Made by a program: the position numbers and the translations under genes. The notes under the pieces are model-generated. The model searched no databases. It had not been told where the DNA came from and saw only the letters and a program-made list of their open reading frames with translations. Shown here piece by piece: positions 50,161-63,240 of a stretch of 64,000 nucleotides of DNA (position 1 is its first letter; each line of letters opens with the position of its first letter). This DNA is from Felis catus (taxonomy: Eukaryota): contig NC_058368.1 in assembly GCF_018350175.1 (NCBI RefSeq), positions 164,984,001 to 165,048,000 of the forward strand. Direction: 5' to 3'.

Positions 50161-50467
50161 TATATAATATGTATTTTTTTAACCCTTGGGGCTAATCCAA
50201 TTTACTACTTATAGGAAATAAGCACCTGCTCAACCTTGTTTATTACCTCCAGGCCAGTCTGCTCTCTCAGTGTTATAGGGGGATGGGCAGATTGAGATTC
50301 CCAGGCATCCCGCAATGTAGGTGGGTCGCCTTAGGGAAAACCTCTACCAGCTCAAAAATTCATCTTACATTAGCAGTGAGGATTTGGGCATCACCCCGAA
50401 TCATAAGTTTCTTTACTCATAAGTTTAAGGCCTACAATGCGTATTTTAATATGACTCCTTGAATCTT

Positions 50468-50681
50468 TTTTTAATTTTTTTAATGTTTATTTATGTTTGA
50501 AAGAGAGAGACAGAGTGTGAGAGGGGGAGGGGCAGAGAGAGAGGGAGACACAGAATCCAAAGTAGGCTCCAGGCTCCAAGCTGTCAGCACAGAGCCCAAT
50601 GCGGGGCTCGAACTCACGAACTGTGAGCTCATGACCTGAGCGAAGTCGGATACTTAACCAACTGAGCCACTCAGGCGCCCC
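50468..50681 (-). mobile_element. felid SINEC
   Basis: Ends ggcgcccc; near-TSD ga(a/c)tctttttt. Confidence 0.95.
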
Positions 50682-50714
50682 GACTCTTTTTTTTTTTAAT
50701 GAAATGAGGCAGAA

Positions 50715-51430
50715 TTCCTTTCTATCCATTCAGCATCCATACTATAATATAAAAATTTAAGATGTGATCCAAGCCTTCAAATAGCTTACTATCTTATGGA
50801 TGTCTTAAGATTGCATGCCTCTGAAAGTTAATGAAATACACAAAATAATAGACACCCACATTGTAATTTTCATACAACAAACAATACCTCTATAAGAATT
50901 TAGAGTTGGGATTAATCAGTAGAGGGCAGAGTAAATAATAAACATGCAAAGTGTTGATAAATCAGGACCTAAGCTGAAGCTTAAGGAAGGGGTAGAAAGG
51001 GTTTCAGCTGGTGAAGAAAGAGGATGGTATTTCAGGAAGGAAGCAAGTTGAGCAATGCTTGGATGATAGTTCAATGCATGGTGCAAATAAATGATGATAC
51101 CAACTCTAGAGAAAGTTCTGTGGTTGGGGTTAGTGGAAAATAGGCTTGTCTAAGTGAGAGGCAGAAAAATTGCAGGGAATCTGGAGAAATAAAAAAAACA
51201 GGAGCCGTTAAATCTTTTTAGGAAGGAATTGGGAGTTGTTGTAGAGCTTTTGAACACTAACATAATGAAAGGACCTAAGGGAGATTAATCCAGAGATAGT
51301 GTGGAAGATAAATTAGAGTCAGAGAAAGAAAAAAGAGTCACAGAAAAGAATCAAGAGAAAAGAGCCTGAGAGCTCTTTTAGAAAACTAATGAAAGAATCC
51401 AGACCTGTGGTGTCAGAGGCCTAAATAAAT
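50715..51430 (-). mobile_element. L2 fragment
   Basis: 'ccattcagca', 'gccttcaaatagcttactatct', 'taagctgaagcttaaggaag', 'tatttcaggaaggaagcaag'. Confidence 0.6.
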
Positions 51431-52508
51431 GCTACTGACTAAGAGCATCAGCTAAGTTTTCGGAGTTTTTCTTCAGACTCTGATTTCTCTATAACTATTT
51501 AATTTCTCTTTTTCATCTTGATTGGATTTGAGCCATTGGTATTTATCTTAGGGATCTTTTCACTGATAATGAAAGATTTTTGTTTAACCTTGAAAGACTT
51601 TGAATAAACTTTAATTTTTAAAAGCACTTAACATGTATGGCATATGAGTATGTTTATAATGCTCACTATTAAGCTCAATATTGACAGAATGTCAAGTCTG
51701 AAATTTTCAACTATGTTATCTTTAATTTCCAAGCTGTTTTAATTTTGCTGCCTGTAGAACCTTCATTTCCATCTCATTATTGTCTCTTTTCTTGAGACTA
51801 CTCTAGCTAGCACATGTGTCTGAAATAGGTAGATGCTTTTTCTTTGAATTTTACCTTCCTTGTCCTTTTAGAAAATGGAACCTCTTTATTTACATATTTC
51901 AAGGGTACTTTTTATGTCGTAATTGATTTTGAGGACTGTGGCCTGATACTTCTATTTAGATAGAAATTTATGTAAGTAATTTGAGACATCCTTCAAATTG
52001 CAATATCATCAGTATTATATGACCTGTTTTTGAGTACCAACACCAAAAAATCCATTATATACATTTAAAATTTGTTTTTTGTGGGTATTTTCATTTTTTG
52101 AATGTAAAACATACTTTTTTCCATAAAGCATATATTTCTAATGGACAATCCTTTGAGTTCTTTATGCAAATTTAGCCCCAGGAAAAGAAACAAGTAGAGT
52201 TGAAATGAATGACATTGAATATCCCACGTATGTTCATTTGAGAGTCACTAATGTTCACAGAATGAACAACAAATTGATAAGTATTCAAGAAAATAGATGA
52301 CTAGAGATAAAACATATTCTACAACTAAAAACATTTCAGAACTATTGTGTTTTAGGATATGAAATTCTGATAATTCTTTGAATCAGAGTCAACTGGGCAT
52401 CATTCCTTTTAAAATCTCCACCTGCTGCTGCAAAACCAGCCTAAATAGTTATGTGGCAACCTGTATTGCATTTTGAAATTTAAATTCTTAGAATAGTAAT
52501 TTTGCACT

Positions 52509-52718
52509 GGGGTGCCTGTGTGGCTCAGTCACTTAAGCATCTGACTCTTAAGTTTGGCTCAGGTCACAATCTTGCAGCTTGTGGGTTTGAGTTCCACATT
52601 AGACTGTATGCTGATGGTGCAGAGCCTGCTTGGATTCTCTCTCTTCCCTCTCTCTCTTCTCCTCCCCCACTTGCACTGTCTCTCTCGAAATAAATAAATC
52701 AACATTAAAAAAAAATAT
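52509..52718 (+). mobile_element. CanSINE
   Basis: 15-bp TSD tagtaattttgcact at 52494-52508 and 52719-52733. Confidence 0.95.
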
Positions 52719-53539
52719 TAGTAATTTTGCACTAGGAATGTATTATCCTTGTTAGAATCACTATAAGTGATTTAATGGTACCATATTTTCAAAATAAATG
52801 CTATTAACTAAATTTTAGCTGTATCAATTTTTTCAACTAAATGTATCAATTATTTAAATACAAATTATAATTAATATAACAATATAAGTTAATATGCATT
52901 CTGTATTTTTTAAATTATATATAATTTTTCTTTTTTTCTAATATGAAATAAAATACATTTCATTCTTTGGCAGGAGTCTTATATTATTTTTTCAGCCAAA
53001 AGTATATGTAAAAAGTTTTTTTAATCAAAAAACTCCTATGATAAATATCTATTGTTTTTATACTTACAGACCTCATCTACTTTACAGTATAAATCGTATG
53101 ATATTATAATTTGACAATATGACTGTTTCCTTTAGCAAAGTATAAACTCTTAAAAGCAAAATTTTACTAAATGCTTAATAAATTCATTGATAAGTGAATG
53201 CATGAATTTTTTATGTTACTAATTTTTTTGGTTTGTTACTTTGGAGTTTGTTTAACATAGGGACATAAATCTTTAGGTACCTAATTTAAATGAATATATA
53301 GCTATCTCTGGACTTAAAAAAATGAAATCCAGTTTAAAATTCTTCCACATTTAAGTAAATGGATTGGTTTCATATAATTATTGTTAAATATGTTTTCCTA
53401 GGTAATCCATTATGGAGTGCATTACAAAATTCTTGTGAAGAGCTGTGATTGATTTATAATGACCTTATTCATTCAGATCTTGATTAGCAATTTCTACATT
53501 TATTTCTTTAAAGAAAATACAACAGTTTCAATTTAATTT

Positions 53540-56031
53540 ATGATTCCAAGTTGGTGTGGAAGAGATTTTTTGTGGTTACCATTAGGCGCATATATAACAT
53601 CTTATTCAAATAGCAGTCTGTATTAAGTTGATGGTCACTTAAGTTTGTATCCATTCTAAAAGCACTAATTTATCATCCCTCCCTTCTTTATGTATATGAT
53701 ACTATACTTTACATCCTTTTTTGAATGCCTTGACTTTTATACATATAGCTGATTTTACTGCTTTTGTGCCTTAACCTCTATACTGGTTTTATAAATGATG
53801 AATCTAGTGTTTTTATTATCTTTATATTTACCTATAAATATTTTCCTTTCATAATTTTCTTTCTCCTGACTATGGTCTTTCCTTTCCCCTCAAAGTATTC
53901 CCTTTAACATTTCTTGTAAGTCTGGTTTTGTGGTGATGAACTCCTACAACTTGTGTTTGTCTGGAAAACTATCTCTTCTTCTAAGGTGAATAATAGTCTT
54001 GTTGGGTAGAGTATTTCTAACTGTAGCTTTTTCCCTTTCAGCGCTTTGAATATATCATGTCTCTACATTCTGGCCTGAAAAGTTTCTGCTGAAAAATTAG
54101 CTGTAGCCTTATGGAGTTTCCCTTGTATGTAACTGTCTTCTTTTTTCTTGTTGCTTTTTAAAATTTTCTCTTTATCTCTATTTTTTTGTCATTTTAATCA
54201 TTATGTATCTTGGTGTGGACCTCTTTGGGTTTATTTGGGCTGCAGGGGGTGGCGGGGGTGGCTCTTAATGTCTCCTGGATCTGGATGTCTGTTTTTTCCC
54301 CTAGATTAGGGAAGTTTTTAGCTATTCTTCAAATAAGATTTCTGCCTTCTTTTCTCTTTCTTCACTTTTTGGGATCCCTATAATATGAATGTTATTACAC
54401 TTGATGGTGTTGCTGAGCTCCCTTAACCTATTTTCATTTTTTGTTATTCTTTTTTCTTTTTGCTGGTCAGCTTGGTCATTCTGTCTTCCAGTTTGCTTAT
54501 CTTTCTACTTCCTCAAATCTACCATTGATTCCCTCTAGTATATTTTTAATTTCAGTTATTGAGTTCTTCATATCTGATTTGCTCTTTTTTTTAGTACTTA
54601 TTTATTTTTGAGACAGAACACAAGCAGGAGAGGGGCAGAGAGAGAGGAAGACATAGAATCATAAGCAGGATCCAGACTCTGAGCTGTCAGCACAGAGCCT
54701 GATGCAGGGCTCAAACCTATGAGCTCAGGTCATGAGATCATGATTCAAGCTGAAATTGGACGCCCAACTGACTGACTCCCAGATGCCCCTGATTTGTTCT
54801 TTTTTATGTTCTCTATCTCTTTGTTGAACCTCTAACTGGAATCCTCCTTTCTTTTATAAAGTTCATTAAGTATTTTTATGATGATTACTTTGAATCCTCT
54901 ATCAGGCATACTGTTTATCTCCATGTCATTTAGCTCTTTTGCTGTGTTTTTGTTCTGATCATTCATTTGGGACATATTTGCCTAGCTTCTTATTTTGTCT
55001 AACTCTGTGTTTGTTTTCTATGTATTAGAAAAGTAATTTATATCTCCTATCTTGAAAGTAGTGGCCTTATAAAGAAGAGGTCCTATAGTGTCTTGTAGCA
55101 CACTGTCTCCTTTACACCAGAACCTGGCAATACAGGGCTATCTCCTATGTTGGTTGCATACACCTACTGTTTTAACTTAGTCTAATTTACCTTCAGTTTA
55201 GTCATCTGCCATGACACACTTTGCCTGTTGTGGCAAGGGTTTGGTCCCTGTATTGGCAAGGGGCCAGTTTGGGACAGCTCTGTTCTAATTAGGTGGTCTC
55301 AGCAGCCAGACAAGATGCTTGCCCTCGGCCCATTTTCTGGGTCTGCAGTTCCACTGATGTGCCGGCTGCTCTCTCTGCATTGTCCCTGAGAAACTTTCAT
55401 TGGTGGGTGGGGCCTCCAGAGAAACCAGATATCTTGGTTGTTCTTGGAGATGTCTTTTAAAGATCCCTACCCTTCCAGCATGAATCATCATGTTTACCCC
55501 AGGTGCCTTTCATACTGCTGCTTCTATACTATATCTCTGTGGGGTTGTTTTTTATGTGGTCTCACATAACAAACAGGGGGCACTCAGTTTCCTGTCAACC
55601 TCTGGCTCTCCTAGAACTGACCCTACTGATTTTTAAAGTACACAAGGGTAAGCAAAACCCTTGAAAAACTCACAAAGTTAAGCCCACTGGTTTTCAAAGC
55701 CATATGTTATAGGGATTTGCCTTCCTGGTGTAGGTTTCCTATGCCTGGGGTCCCTGGGGTGTCTGGTGTGCCTGGTGTGGGGTCTGCTTCTCTCCCTTCT
55801 CTGTGCTTGTGGTGTCCCTCCCCTGTCATTAGTCTCAATAGGAGTTTGATTTCTGACTGCTTTCTCTGCCCCTCCTACCCTTTTTTGATGTGGCCGCCTC
55901 TCTTTGATCAAGTATGGAAAATCTGTTCTGACATTCTTTGGGTCATTTTCTGGGTGCACTGATGTGGCTGTTATCTAGATGCGTCTGTGGGAAGAGATGA
56001 GCTTAGAATCCTCCTACTCTGCCATCTTCCC
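53540..56031 (-). mobile_element. L1 5' half (5' UTR, decayed ORF1, inter-ORF region); ORF2 absent
   Basis: Minus-strand start gggaagatggcagagtaggaggattctaagctc; ORF1-type motifs 'ctggcctgaaaagtttctgctgaaaaattagctg', 'cctttaacatttcttgtaag...gtggtgatgaactcc'. Confidence 0.88.
54588..54789 (-). mobile_element. CanSINE inside L1 ORF1
   Basis: Near-TSD tgatttg(c/t)tcttttt. Confidence 0.93.
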
Positions 56032-57399
56032 AGTAACCTCTTGGGGGAGATTTTTTGAATGTTGATATGTTCTTATGATAACTTGATGACATTTTGGATA
56101 AGTATATCTTGTGTCAATATACAGTGCATAAATAATGAGGAATATATAGGGAGAAAAAGACTTTCATATGGCTTCTTGCCATAGTACTCTGAATAATGTC
56201 TCTTTGGCAAATTCATACTATAGCATTTATGTACAATACCAACTTAAACTAGTCATTCTTAATATGAAGGATGAATTATCATAGCCTAAGGAGCTTTTTG
56301 AAAATATGGACTCCACTGGAAAATTCTTATATAGCCTAGGAATGGCACTCAGCTGTATGTAAGTGGTAATATTATCCAGGTCATTTCTATACATAGCCCT
56401 GATATAACTCCTGAATTATAGGCATACAATGCTCATACTTGGGACATATATTTATATTCCAGCTAAGCTGGACATGTATAGGTGTTCATATAATATAAAT
56501 TCTCTTATATGTTTGATACTTTAGGAGTCAGGCCAATAAGCCAAATGATCAATATATCTTAGTGATGGCATGATAGTTTTTTTTTTTTTTTTCAGGCTGG
56601 TTGTTTTACTAACATATAAGAGTGATAGTATTAGAAATATATTCTGGAAGAATGTAAATCTTCTAGGCCACTTAACACCAGTGGTCACAAGTTGAATATA
56701 TATCCCTCTCTATCCCCACGTCTTACTTTCTGCTTTTTCTTGGAGACTCCACAACTACTTTCCCTTCTGCACTCTTGTATTTTTAGCTGCCAGGATTAGT
56801 GCTTTATTTCAAGAAATTTCATTCTTCTCAGTAGGTGTTGAATATCCTTCTCTTTAAACTGCATTTGAGATAATTAACTACTATTCTGAAAGGCTGCCTA
56901 AACCATAATCCCTTCCAAATAAGTAAGTTCTTACACTAACAGCAATAATGCTTAGTGTAGATTGCACTAGGCTTTCTGACTTGATTCCAAAGCTGTCATG
57001 TTTAGTTAACCTAGACACAGAAAAGTCCAGCATTCTATACAGGGGTTAATATAAAATCTCTACTTAATAATGACAGGTACCATTAGTCAGTTACTAACCA
57101 ATGCAATCTCAGGAGTGGCACAGATGCCAAGAGATATAGGCAGATACGAACTAGAAATAATGAAGCAATAGGTTTCAGCATTTGCATTTCCAGTGTTCAA
57201 AATGCACAAGCCTCTCTTATATTGCTATATGCTATCTCCTAATTGAAAACTTCTTTACCTTTTCCACCATGAGATTCCATGTTTATAATCTGATATTCAG
57301 AGGAAAATAAATATAATTCTTACATATGTGTTAGATTAAGAAGATAATAGTACAAAAAAATGAAGGAAAGAATAGTACATAAAATAAGTTTCATGAATC

Positions 57400-58038
57400 A
57401 AGGTAGGGAAATTATACTTTTGCTCCAAACCAAAGTTTTAAAAAATTATCAAAAAACTAACACAAGTAGAAAGAGTTACCTCCATTAGACATTATGCCTT
57501 TTGACTGATTAAATTTTAGAGGCTTCTTTAGACTCTAGACTTTAGACCCCAGACCTCCCTTTTCTTAGAACATTTGCTTTAGAAAACTGGTTAATTGTAA
57601 TTTTTTTCTCTTCCTCTTTGAGTTGTAAATCTTTCAAAAGGTCCTTGTAAGTTTTAACCCAGGAATGTCTTTCTGAAGTATCAGGAACCATCCCTTTGAA
57701 ATCTAATTATCAAAGATGGGCCCCAGTCTCTCACCTTCTGTGGGGAGATAGGAGCTTCACTCTGTCTTGACCCTGCTGCAATTTATAAAATTACCTTCCA
57801 CTATGAAAATGGAAGAAAGTTTACTTATCCTATGAGTAAGGCCATTTGGCAAACAGGGTAGCCTATGATTACTACCATCCCAGTTCTTACAAATTCCCTA
57901 ATCCTTTTTTTTTTTTTTCTCTCTCTCTTGGTCAAGTTGAGCTCAGTCTGAGGTCTAGTCTCTTTCCCAATTGCAGTAATCTTGAAGAAAGTCCTCACTG
58001 CCTGCTTAACCTTATCTGGGACAGTTTTTGCTCCAATA
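57400..58038 (+). mobile_element. ERV1 solo LTR, MER34-like
   Basis: 'ctttagaaaact...ttgtaa', 'acccaggaatgtctttct', 'ccatccctttgaaat..aat.atcaa', 'gttgagctcagtctg', 'cccaattgcagtaatcttgaa'. Confidence 0.7.
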
Positions 58039-58863
58039 CTCTCACTCTTTCCTCTCCTTCTTCCTTAAATAATGCTGTTTATGGTAGAATCCATAAAGAA
58101 AAAGATGCCAAGGCCACACTAAATTCATGCACTATTGGCAGAGAATAGGAATAACTAAGACTATATGACCAAGAAAGTCCAAATCAAAAAGAAAGTTGAT
58201 TAGGAAGGGAGAAATGGGTCCTTGCTTTTGAGGTGGCAAGTTATCCTTTCTCTAGAGCTGCCCTGAATAACATTCCATTTCTTCATAAACTCACTGAGAC
58301 AATTTTCTGTGATTTGTTGTACTAGATTTCAAGGATCATTACTTTTACTGTCTTTATTCCTCCCAAAGGATGGTTACCAGAAAATTCCCAGAATTCTCTC
58401 TCCACAAGGCAAATGAAAGTTCTTAAGTTTGGGTAAACTGTTCAGCAAACATTTTCAAGGGATGGAGAATTCTTAAAAGAGGAGTCACAGGACACATGGA
58501 TATTGTAGTGAAATTCACAGGTTAAAAACACAGCTTGCTCGGCCCTCCTCCCTCTCCCAATTTCCGTTATTTGGCAAACACACTTTATTTATCTTATTCT
58601 GTTTCCTCTGGGATGGGGAAGTCTTTTATTCTTATAGTGCTTATAACTTTTAAGCTTAAGTGGAAGAAAACTTCTTAGACCTCTCCCCTAGACTAAAAAG
58701 AAAAGTGGATCTTATTGATGGATTAAAGAGAACAAATGAAATTTGGGGATATATCACCATAAATAATATTTTGGTTTCTTGACTTTTTCAAGGTCATATT
58801 TCCTCACTAATACAGATTTTTCTTGTTTTCTTACCAACAAGCAAATATCTCCCAAACCAAGCC

Positions 58864-58867
<4 letters not shown>

Positions 58868-58910
<43 letters not shown>
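58868..58910. repeat. (CA)n microsatellite
   Basis: Direct reading. Confidence 0.97.
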
Positions 58911-58911
<1 letters not shown>

Positions 58912-58989
58912 GAGAGCAATTGAGTATAATGAAAATTCTTTTGAGGTACAGACTTTAAAATATGTGATATAATACTGAATATTGTATTT

Positions 58990-59145
58990 AGCTCATAAAT
59001 ATATTGAACCAGGAATCTAAAGGCTGGAGTAATATTCCAGTTTAGCTACTATTAGCTTTTACCTTTGAGCAAGACATTTGAAATCTAGGAACCTCAGTAT
59101 TTTGCCTAAAGATAGAAATAGTGATTCCTGCTGTAAGAATATCAG
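58990..59145 (+). mobile_element. MIR fragment
   Basis: 'ttagctactattagcttttacctttgagcaagacattt..aacctcagt'. Confidence 0.55.
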
Positions 59146-59599
59146 AAGAATACTTTTAAAATTGAATGCAATACTGAATATGAAAATGATTCATGAAATA
59201 TGAATACTTACAAAACTAAAGATGACAGTACTAAGGAAAATAGTCCATTAGTGCTTGATGTTGTACATCTTAAATCAAGTATTGACTTAAACAACACTGA
59301 TATTTCAAAAATCTAGAAGTTGATACTAATCAGTTTGAGAAGAAACATCTTAGAGAATGTAAAAAAAAAACTTTTGGATGACATCCATGGTGTGCTTATG
59401 TAAGCATTCAGGTATTCAGGTATATTTATTTACCAGAGATTTTTATTCACATAGTTAAATGCTTACTGCAGTTCAGGGTCTTTCTGTTACAACTACCAAA
59501 CTATATTTGAGTGTATTTATAGAGCAGTGTTTAGCTTTGTTGATTATAATGAATTAAAACTTGACAACAGTGATGGTTTTATGAAGCTATAGTCTCTCC

Positions 59600-60230
59600 C
59601 TAAATTAACTTGAAACTACATTTTTAAACTAGACAAAGTGTATTCTAAGGAATATATCAAAAAATAAACATGTAAAAACAATCTAAGAACAATTTTGTAG
59701 AAGAAAAGTTAATAGAGATTTGGATTTCCTTGTGTCAAAAATGCAGTTAAACCTTAAGGCATTTTTTATCGCTCTGTGATTTTACAGCAAGATCATTGAA
59801 ATAGAACACAGAGTCATGAGATAAATCCCAATACCTAGATGGATTTGGTAGGTGAATGTCTGGTCCCACTTCAAATTGGGGAGGAGAAGGGAATGAGTTG
59901 TTTTAATACATGAGGTTCAGCCTTCTGGCTCATGATAGACATACAAACAAAAAATATAGACAGATGCCCACTTCATTCCTTACACAATGTAAAATTCAAA
60001 GTGGATAATAATTCAGAAGTTAAAAATGAAACTGCAAAAGTGTTAGAAGAAAACATAGGCATATATACCTTTATATATGTTAGGAATAGGCAAACACTTT
60101 CTAAACATAATCTGTAATATCCTAATAAAATTAGCCAAGATAGTACATAAATTTATTTCCTTCAAAGAGTAAGGTGGATCAATACTCAGGATATGAAGAA
60201 TCTGAAAAATGTGGATATTTAAAAAGAAAT
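59600..60230 (+). mobile_element. decayed L1 ORF2 fragment
   Basis: 'aaactagacaaagtgtattcta', 'aaactgcaaaagtgttagaagaaaacataggc' (KVLEENIG motif). Confidence 0.7.
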
Positions 60231-60320
60231 AGTGAAAAGAGTATGTGTTATTTGTACATACCCTCCTTGTATAAAGATAAATAAATAAATGCATGCTAGT
60301 TCTCATATATGAAGAATATT

Positions 60321-60538
60321 TTTTTAATGTTTCATTCTTTTTATTTTTGAGAAAGAGATAGGGTACATGCACATGAGCAAGGGAGGGGCAGAGAGAAAGG
60401 GAGAGAGAGAATCCCAAGCAGGCTCCATGCTGTCAGCACAGACCCTGATGCGGGGCTTGAACCCATGAACCATGAGATCATGACCTGAGCTGAAATCAAG
60501 AATGGGACACTTAACCACCTGAGCCACACAGGTGCCCC
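60321..60538 (-). mobile_element. CanSINE
   Basis: Near-TSD atgaaga(a/c)tattt. Confidence 0.95.
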
Positions 60539-61219
60539 ATGAAGACTATTTATGAAAAAAGCATATGGAAATATATTTAAAGCAAACTATTATTAACATT
60601 TATTTGAGGGAAAATGTTCTCTAGACTCTGAAGAAGACAAATGTTAGAGCTAGGGTTTCCAAAACCCTTGCTTTTAATATCTATTTAACCTTCATTTTAG
60701 ATTCAATTTTAACATGTTTTCTAGTGAATTTTTATTTTTTAATATGTGTAGGAAACAGTACTCCATTGTTTATATTGGCGTTAATATAATATGGTTTAAA
60801 ATCTTGTAGAAGTATTTTTAAATAATTGAGTTTCTTACAGGGTTTGTCTTTTGATGATTTTTTTTATTAACTTCTATAATAGGTAATTGTGTAAAAGTTA
60901 TCCCAGTGATTTTCTATACAGACAAGAAATATAACATAATATAATCAAAAAATATCTGAAGAAATATACATTACTGGGGTCAGATTGGACCAAAGTAATA
61001 AGAAAGTTCAGTTACTGACCTTCTCCTAAACAAGGCTCTGCTCTAACACTAGATATCCAGGAAAGCTTAGGGGGTGAAGGGATTGGCCTTGAATCTACAA
61101 TCTAGATTGAGAGCATGAAATACACCATAAAGCAAATAAAGCAAATAATATAATTTTATTTTTGATAAGAGTGCTTTAAAAATTAAGCTTGAGAGGAGTT
61201 GTTTCAGATAGAATACACA

Positions 61220-62000
61220 GAGGGTATTTTTTCTGAGGAGATGACATTTCAACAAAAACTGTAATAAAGTGAAAAAGAGCTATGCAAAAATGTCCAGATG
61301 GAATTTACAATGGCATAGTTAAATTGCAGCTATAAAACCTGTGTGTCTTTGAGGAATGAGCTGGGTCAGGAGTTGGAAAAAAGTAAATCAGAACGCTAAG
61401 CAGAGAGTAGATTATGTAAGGTCTTGTTGATCACCTGATGGTATTGAGCACAGAAAGGATAAAATATGATTTATATTTTACAAAGGTTACATCACCTGCT
61501 GCCAAAGAATGAAATGTCTTTGGGTTTGGTGGGTGTTGGCAAGTGTGGGGGGTATGGGAGCCAGAGTACTGCTATGGTCTCTGCTAAAGAAGATGGTAGC
61601 TAGCTTGGTCTAAGGAAATAGTGGTCGATTTAGTGATAAGTTGTTTGATTCTGATTTTGAAACTTGAGCCAGTAGGCCTTGAAGATGGATTTCATGTGAG
61701 GTATAGGCAAAGCAAGGGATTCACCATGACTCCTATATTTTGCCACTGAAGACTGGGTAAATGGTGTGCTTTATTAGAATGGGGAATCCTGTGTGAGAAG
61801 TAGGTTTTGCAGGAGTGCTCAGAAAGTAAGATTTTGTTTTCATATGCAAAATTTGAGACACCTGCTATTCTAGGTGTCAAAAAGTCAGTTCAATATGAGT
61901 CGATAGCTCATAGAAAGTGTCAGACTAGAGATACAAATTTGGGAGTGATCAGTGTATATTTAAGGTTGGAGGATGAATTTTCCTCATAAATGAAGAGGAA
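61220..62000 (-). mobile_element. L2 fragment
   Basis: 'ctgaggagatgacattt', 'atgatttatattttacaaagg', 'aatttgagacacct', 'gactagagatacaaatttgggagt'. Confidence 0.75.
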
Positions 62001-62051
62001 AAGGCCAATATTTGTTCCTGATATTTATGTTTTATATAATAGATGGTATAT

Positions 62052-62054
62052 ATT

Positions 62055-62110
<56 letters not shown>

Positions 62111-62123
62111 TTTTTTTTTTTTT
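62052..62123. repeat. (TTTC)n plus poly-T
   Basis: Direct reading. Confidence 0.95.
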
Positions 62124-62256
62124 GGCTGGGTAGATGAATTAGGTCAGAAATGTAATAAAGAACATTGATAATGTAATGTATAACCGAGGGGGAGCAGCAA
62201 TGGTAAGTTCAGTGACTTTCCTTTTTGTATAACATGATGTGAGTATTGGACAGAAG

Positions 62257-62398
62257 GTTCATGAAATTGAGCCCTTTTTAGGCTCTGCGTGAATAGCAGG
62301 GAGATTCTCCCTGTCTCTATCTGCCCCTCCCCTGCTCATGTTCTTCTTCTCTCCCTCTCTCCCAAAATAAATAAAGAAACTAAAAAAATTTAAAAAAA
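62257..62398 (+). mobile_element. 5'-truncated older CanSINE
   Basis: SINE 3' half with CT region, AATAAA and A-tail; head missing. Confidence 0.8.
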
Positions 62399-62454
62399 TC
62401 AATTGACTGTGAAAATAGTGACGATTTCTGGTCTCTATTCTGCCCCATTGATAT

Positions 62455-63046
62455 ACAATTGATTCTTGTTATCTGTGGTAGTTTTGTTCTATAAAGTCCA
62501 CTGTGCTGATGAATACTTAGCAGTTACTCTTAAGGGAGATATAGGGTTAGGTTCTTGTAAACCTCTGGTCACAACATTTTTTCAGTTGATCAATATATAC
62601 TATTGTTATACATTTGTTTCTGTTTTAGAACATCTTATTTAATATACTGTTGATTCATCAACATTGAACTCACTGCCAACAGCACTAAAACTCATACCTG
62701 AATGATGTTTATCTAATACACTCATTTTCTCCATAAGACACATGGTAGCCTTCTTCAGCTTATAAGCCCTAGATAGTATTTGAACACGATGCTTGGGAAC
62801 ATTCTAAACAGCAAAATCACCAACTAAAAAATGTGAATAGCATGGCACTAAATAGACTGCAAAAAAGGACATTTGTTTACACTATGAGTTGAAAGAAGGC
62901 AGAGTGTTGCCTAATTGGATGTCAGCTGGGAAAGTGTCAGGGGACTCAAAATGTTACTGCTCTGTGTATGTCTGAGACTGCACAGCATATATTGATTTGG
63001 GGGTTACAAATAATATTAGTCAGGAAGTAAGTTCACAAATAGAGAA
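62455..63046. mobile_element. MER82 (TcMar-Tigger) lacking its right TIR
   Basis: TA plus caattgattcttgttat...gttctataaagtc; 'cattgaactcactgccaacagcact'; 'ggcactaaatagac'; stops at ttcacaaatagagaa. Confidence 0.85.
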
Positions 63047-63240
63047 TTTTTTCCTAAGCCCAGGCTCTTATGTTCCTGGGGAAAGGAGGGGCAATGCCGG
63101 GCCCTGGCCGGGCCTCAGAAGCTCAGCGGGACCAGGATGCTTCACAACATGAAAGGGTGAGCATCTCTGGGCCACAGAGATACCTGCAGTACATCTGTAC
63201 CCACCCTGATGTGGCCAGCACTTCCCTTTGTCTTCAATGT
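63047..63240 (-). other. GC-rich unidentified insert, possible retrocopy fragment
   Basis: Abrupt GC/CpG rise; T6 at left edge (A6 on the minus strand); replaces the MER82 end. Confidence 0.4.

Noticed and set aside
55678..55962. Overlapping 93 and 81 aa ORFs
   Set aside because: Within the L1 5' UTR; no evidence of coding function
58369..58433. Acceptor-like tract followed by a short open frame
   Set aside because: Only a weak donor (TGG|GTAAAC) and an unrecognised peptide
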